Positions 60,822 through 64,000 of a stretch of 64,000 bases of DNA are shown here, one piece after another. Source of the stretch: Muribaculaceae bacterium. GTDB taxonomy: Bacteria > Bacteroidota > Bacteroidia > Bacteroidales > Muribaculaceae. Within the stretch, counting starts at the first letter, position 1; every line of letters starts with the position of its first letter. Under the pieces are notes generated by a model. That model saw nothing but the letters and a program-made list of their open reading frames with translations. It made no database searches and was not told the DNA's origin. The position numbers were made by a program, and so were the translations under genes. The stretch covers positions 4,339 to 68,338 of the forward strand of contig JAFOXR010000043.1 of the NCBI GenBank assembly GCA_017391675.1, read 5' to 3'.

Positions 60822-61013
60822 AATTTAAATAAATAAAATGTTAAAAAAATGTTTGTTAATAATTTATTTTAGTTGTTCAATTGTTTACACACGATAATAA
60901 GCAGCAGAAAAACGCTTTCCGCCAATCATTTTCAGTAGTTTACCTTATGGTCCAGTCTTGGGCTCAACGCACTTTTCTCTAAAATGTGTAACACCGAAAC
61001 ATGAAACCACACG

Positions 61014-61021
61014 CAAATGTA
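61014..61021 (-). promoter_or_regulatory. Possible -7 promoter box TACATTTG for the exbB operon
   Basis: Reverse complement of caaatgta. It matches TAnnTTTG exactly but implies a 5' UTR of about 190 nt. Confidence 0.3.
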
Positions 61022-61211
61022 TTATAAAATTTTTAATGATACAACCTAGACGGCTTTTTTTTCGCTTGAAACAAGTGTTTTTTTTGAATTTTTGTGAGTT
61101 GTCATGACCCTTTTTCATGTTTGTTGTGTTTTTATGTTGCAAGGGGAAAGAAACTTTGACTGTTTAACTTTTGTTGCACTTTGTTTGTGATGAGAAATGC
61201 AGTTTTTTTTG

Positions 61212-61219
61212 TACTTTTG
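61212..61219 (+). promoter_or_regulatory. -7 promoter box TACTTTTG for the nqr operon
   Basis: Exact TAnnTTTG match, 27 nt upstream of the ATG at 61246. Confidence 0.55.
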
Positions 61220-61245
61220 CTATACATTGTTGTAATATTAGAAAA

Positions 61246-62565
61246 ATGGCTGTTGTAAAATTAAAGAAAGGTTATGACCTTTGCCTGGAAGGTGCGATAT
61301 CCGACAATAGCGTTACTCCTTTGGAATGCCGCCTGTGTGCGGTTGTTCCCGACGATTTTCAAGGTCTTGTGCCAAGACTTGATGTGAAGGAGGGTGATAC
61401 TGTGAAACGAGGAGACCGTTTGTGCCATGACCGTCAGTATGCTGAAATTGCGATCACATCGCCAGTGGCTGGAACTGTAAAAGAAATCCGGCGTGGGGAG
61501 CGACGCAAGATAGAAGCAATAATAATAGAGAAGAACGAAAACGATTCTGCCAAGACTTTTGATGTGGCAGGAAACGCTAAATCGGTTCTGCTGGAAAGCG
61601 GATTATGGGCGTGCATCACGCAGCGCCCGTATGCTGTAGTACCTAATCCGAATGCTAAGCCTCGCGATATCTTCGTGACTGCATTTGATTCGGCTCCGTT
61701 ATCGCATGATATGTCGTTGATGCTTGCGGATAAGGCGGAATATGTGCAGCGAGGACTTGATGTGCTCGCGTCGCTTACCGATGGAGATGTGTATGTGGGT
61801 ATAAGGAAAGGTTTTCCTTATAGTATGAACAATGTTGTTGTAACTGAGTTTGAAGGACCTCACCCAGCGGGGAATGCCGGTGTCCAGGCTGCGAATGTGA
61901 AGCCTGTAAATAAAGGCGAGACTGTGTGGACCATGGATATTGTGACCGTAGCCCGTATAGGGGAACTTTTTGCTACCGGAAAAGTGCCGTTCACCACTGT
62001 AGTCGCTGTGGTAGGACCTAGGGCAGATAAGCCTAGACTGGTTAGTTGTGATATGGGTACACCATTGACGGCTATTCTTAGCGCTGGTGAGTGTGCCGAC
62101 GGCAATATCCGTGTGATAAGCGGCAATGTGCTTAATGGGCAGGTTGTGGGTACACAAGGATATCTGAGATTCCCGTATAGACAAGTGACACTTATAGACG
62201 AAATTGATAATCCAGGCGAATTTATGGGCTGGGCTTCATTGAGTCCTAGTAAATTCAGCGTATACCGCAGTTTCTTCTCTTGGCTATGTCCTAAAAGGAA
62301 AGTGGCTCTTGATGCAAAGCTGAATGGCGGAGAGAGGGCAATCGTGATGGCAGGGGAATATGACAAGATGCTGCCGATGGATATATATGGAGAATTCCTT
62401 ATAAAGTCTATAATCGCTTTCGATATAGAGAAAATGGAGCAACTTGGAATTTATGAAGTAGCTCCCGAGGATTTTGCTTTATGTGAATTTGCCGACACTT
62501 CAAAACTGGAACTTCAACATATCGTAAGGGACGGTTTGGACCGCTTGCGCAAGGAAATGGAATAA
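61246..62565 (+). CDS. nqrA: Na+-translocating NADH:quinone oxidoreductase subunit A
   Basis: I chose the start at MAVVKLKKGYDL (typical NqrA N-terminus, downstream of the promoter box); the ORF track start is the TTG at 61171. Conserved blocks V..GD.V..G, GPHPAGN.GV and GGERA.V..G.Y...LP.DI....L. Confidence 0.9.
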   Translation: MAVVKLKKGYDLCLEGAISDNSVTPLECRLCAVVPDDFQGLVPRLDVKEGDTVKRGDRLCHDRQYAEIAITSPVAGTVKEIRRGERRKIEAIIIEKNENDSAKTFDVAGNAKSVLLESGLWACITQRPYAVVPNPNAKPRDIFVTAFDSAPLSHDMSLMLADKAEYVQRGLDVLASLTDGDVYVGIRKGFPYSMNNVVVTEFEGPHPAGNAGVQAANVKPVNKGETVWTMDIVTVARIGELFATGKVPFTTVVAVVGPRADKPRLVSCDMGTPLTAILSAGECADGNIRVISGNVLNGQVVGTQGYLRFPYRQVTLIDEIDNPGEFMGWASLSPSKFSVYRSFFSWLCPKRKVALDAKLNGGERAIVMAGEYDKMLPMDIYGEFLIKSIIAFDIEKMEQLGIYEVAPEDFALCEFADTSKLELQHIVRDGLDRLRKEME

Positions 62566-62589
62566 ACCTAAAGTGAGAATAGAAAAGAG

Positions 62590-63789
62590 ATGAAAGCATT
62601 AAGAAAATATCTTGATAATATAAAGCCCAATTTTATGCCCGGAGGCAAATTTGCAAAATTGCAGTCGGTGTTTGAGGGTTTTGAGACATTCTTGTTCACG
62701 CCCGATACAACTCGTAAAACTGGCGTGCATGTGCATGATAGCATTGATCTCAAGAGAACGATGATAATTGTTGTTATTTCCCTCATTCCGGCATTGCTTT
62801 TCGGAATGTTTAATGTGGGTTATCAGCATTATCTTGCAATAGGAACGGAAGCTACGGTCATGGAAAAGTTTGCCTATGGACTGGTCGCGATGTTGCCTAG
62901 TATCGTTGTGTCATATACGGTAGGTCTTGGTATTGAGTTCATTGCAGCACAGATACGCGGACACGAGATTCAGGAAGGGTTCCTGGTTAGCGGTATATTG
63001 ATACCGATGATTTGTCCTATAGATACACCTGTGTGGATGATTGCCGTAGCTACCGCATTTGCTGTCGTTTTCGCAAAGGAAGTTTTTGGAGGAACAGGCA
63101 TGAATATATGGAATGTTGCATTGATAGCTCGTGCAGTGCTGTTCTTTGGCTATCCTTCAAAAATGTCGGGAGATGCAGTCTTTGTTGCGACTGAACCGGT
63201 GCTAGGACTTGGTAAGGGTACGGTAGTTGACGGGTTCTCTGGAGCAACGCCATTAGGCCAGGTTGCGACTGCAACAAGCGAGCCGCTTAGTATTACTGGG
63301 GTAACTGGCGAGCCAATAGGTTTATATGATGCGTTTATTGGCTTGATACCAGGTTCGGTAGGAGAGGTTTCTGCATTATGTATTCTTATAGGTGGAGCAA
63401 TATTGCTATACACAGGCATCGCATCGTGGAAAGTTATGGTGTCGGTGTTTGCCGGAGGATTTGTAATGGGAACGGTATGCAATATGTTTGCTACTCCAGT
63501 TTATCCTGCATCAATGCTTTCTGCCGTAGAGCAGATATGCTATGGCGGATTTGCATTTGCGGCTGTGTTTATGGCAACCGACCCGGTAACTGGAGCAAGA
63601 ACTGAAACGGGAAAGTATATTTATGGCTTCCTGGTGGGCGTATTTGCAATACTGATAAGAGTATATAATGGAGGCTATCCAGAAGGGGCGATGCTGGCGG
63701 TACTGCTTATGAATACATTTGCTCCGCTTATTGACTATTGTGTGGTACAGAGCAACATACGCCGTCGTCTAAACCGAGTAAAAAAATGA
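62590..63789 (+). CDS. nqrB: Na+-translocating NADH:quinone oxidoreductase subunit B
   Basis: 399-aa polytopic protein. Covalent-FMN threonine motif DGFSGATPLG, plus KE.FGGTG.N..N.AL.ARA.LFF.YP and TDPV. Confidence 0.93.
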   Translation: MKALRKYLDNIKPNFMPGGKFAKLQSVFEGFETFLFTPDTTRKTGVHVHDSIDLKRTMIIVVISLIPALLFGMFNVGYQHYLAIGTEATVMEKFAYGLVAMLPSIVVSYTVGLGIEFIAAQIRGHEIQEGFLVSGILIPMICPIDTPVWMIAVATAFAVVFAKEVFGGTGMNIWNVALIARAVLFFGYPSKMSGDAVFVATEPVLGLGKGTVVDGFSGATPLGQVATATSEPLSITGVTGEPIGLYDAFIGLIPGSVGEVSALCILIGGAILLYTGIASWKVMVSVFAGGFVMGTVCNMFATPVYPASMLSAVEQICYGGFAFAAVFMATDPVTGARTETGKYIYGFLVGVFAILIRVYNGGYPEGAMLAVLLMNTFAPLIDYCVVQSNIRRRLNRVKK

Positions 63790-63795
63790 AATGAT

Positions 63796-64000
63796 ATGAA
63801 CAAGCAAAGCAATACATATACGATATTATACTCAGTTATCCTAGTTGTGGTAGTGGGAGTGCTTCTTGCTGTTACATATATGGCATTGAAGCCTAAGCAA
63901 GATGAGAATATCGCTAATGATAAAAGACAGCAGATACTGAGTGCTGTGCATGTGGCATCTGCCGAAGGTGATGTAAAAAGTGCATACAATAAGTATATCG
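63796..64000 (+). CDS. nqrC: Na+-translocating NADH:quinone oxidoreductase subunit C (5' part, runs off the window)
   Basis: An open frame from the ATG at 63796 gives MNKQSNTYTILYSVILVVVVGVLLAVTYMALKPKQDENIANDKRQQIL..., the typical NqrC N-terminal TM anchor. It starts 7 nt after the nqrB stop and is not in the ORF track because no stop codon occurs within the window. Confidence 0.85.
   Translation, partial: MNKQSNTYTILYSVILVVVVGVLLAVTYMALKPKQDENIANDKRQQILSAVHVASAEGDVKSAYNKYI

Noticed and set aside
60945-61142. 65-aa lysine-rich minus-strand ORF in the exbB-nqrA intergenic region.
   Set aside because: It lies in an AT-rich, T-run-rich region with biased composition. It would overlap the putative exbB promoter and leader, and it shows no motif.

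Overview
The window reads as a gene-dense, almost entirely core-metabolism stretch of a Bacteroidales chromosome, probably Prevotellaceae-like. Support for that placement: no Shine-Dalgarno sequences, recurrent TAnnTTTG -7 promoter boxes, an 11-subunit NDH-1 without nuoEFG, NQR, and an ExbB-ExbD-ExbD-TonB module. Contents from left to right: (1) the end of a sugar-nucleotide/LPS locus on the minus strand (gmd, HAD hydrolase, DegT aminotransferase). (2) A 1858-aa alpha-2-macroglobulin-like protein. (3) An ECF sigma / anti-sigma / Spy-like envelope-stress operon. (4) A TonB-dependent receptor plus lipoprotein operon. (5) A 17-kb same-strand block in which a complete F1Fo ATP synthase operon (atpDCBEFHAG) sits inside the NDH-1 operon, between nuoH and nuoI. 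(6) A roughly 16-kb peptidoglycan/MurNAc salvage supercluster: amidase-like giant protein, GT2, DUF4922 HIT-like, SpoIID, AmpG, NamZ, FAD/FeS dehydrogenase, MurT-like, MurK, MurQ, plus a second kinase paralog. (7) Housekeeping genes (mnmA, bifunctional nuclease, nucleoside permease, rsmE, TPR protein, tRNA-Val, aminotransferase, purU). (8) tonB-exbD-exbD-exbB, divergent from the start of the Na+-NQR operon (nqrA, nqrB, partial nqrC). I saw no transposase, integrase, CRISPR array, phage gene or recognisable defence system. The most unusual items are the nested nuo/atp operon, a promoter-plus-terminator leader directly upstream of nuoA, and the unassigned GT2/DUF4922/SpoIID/amidase-like genes within the MurNAc cluster. 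All family assignments come from motif recognition by eye. No database searches were run.
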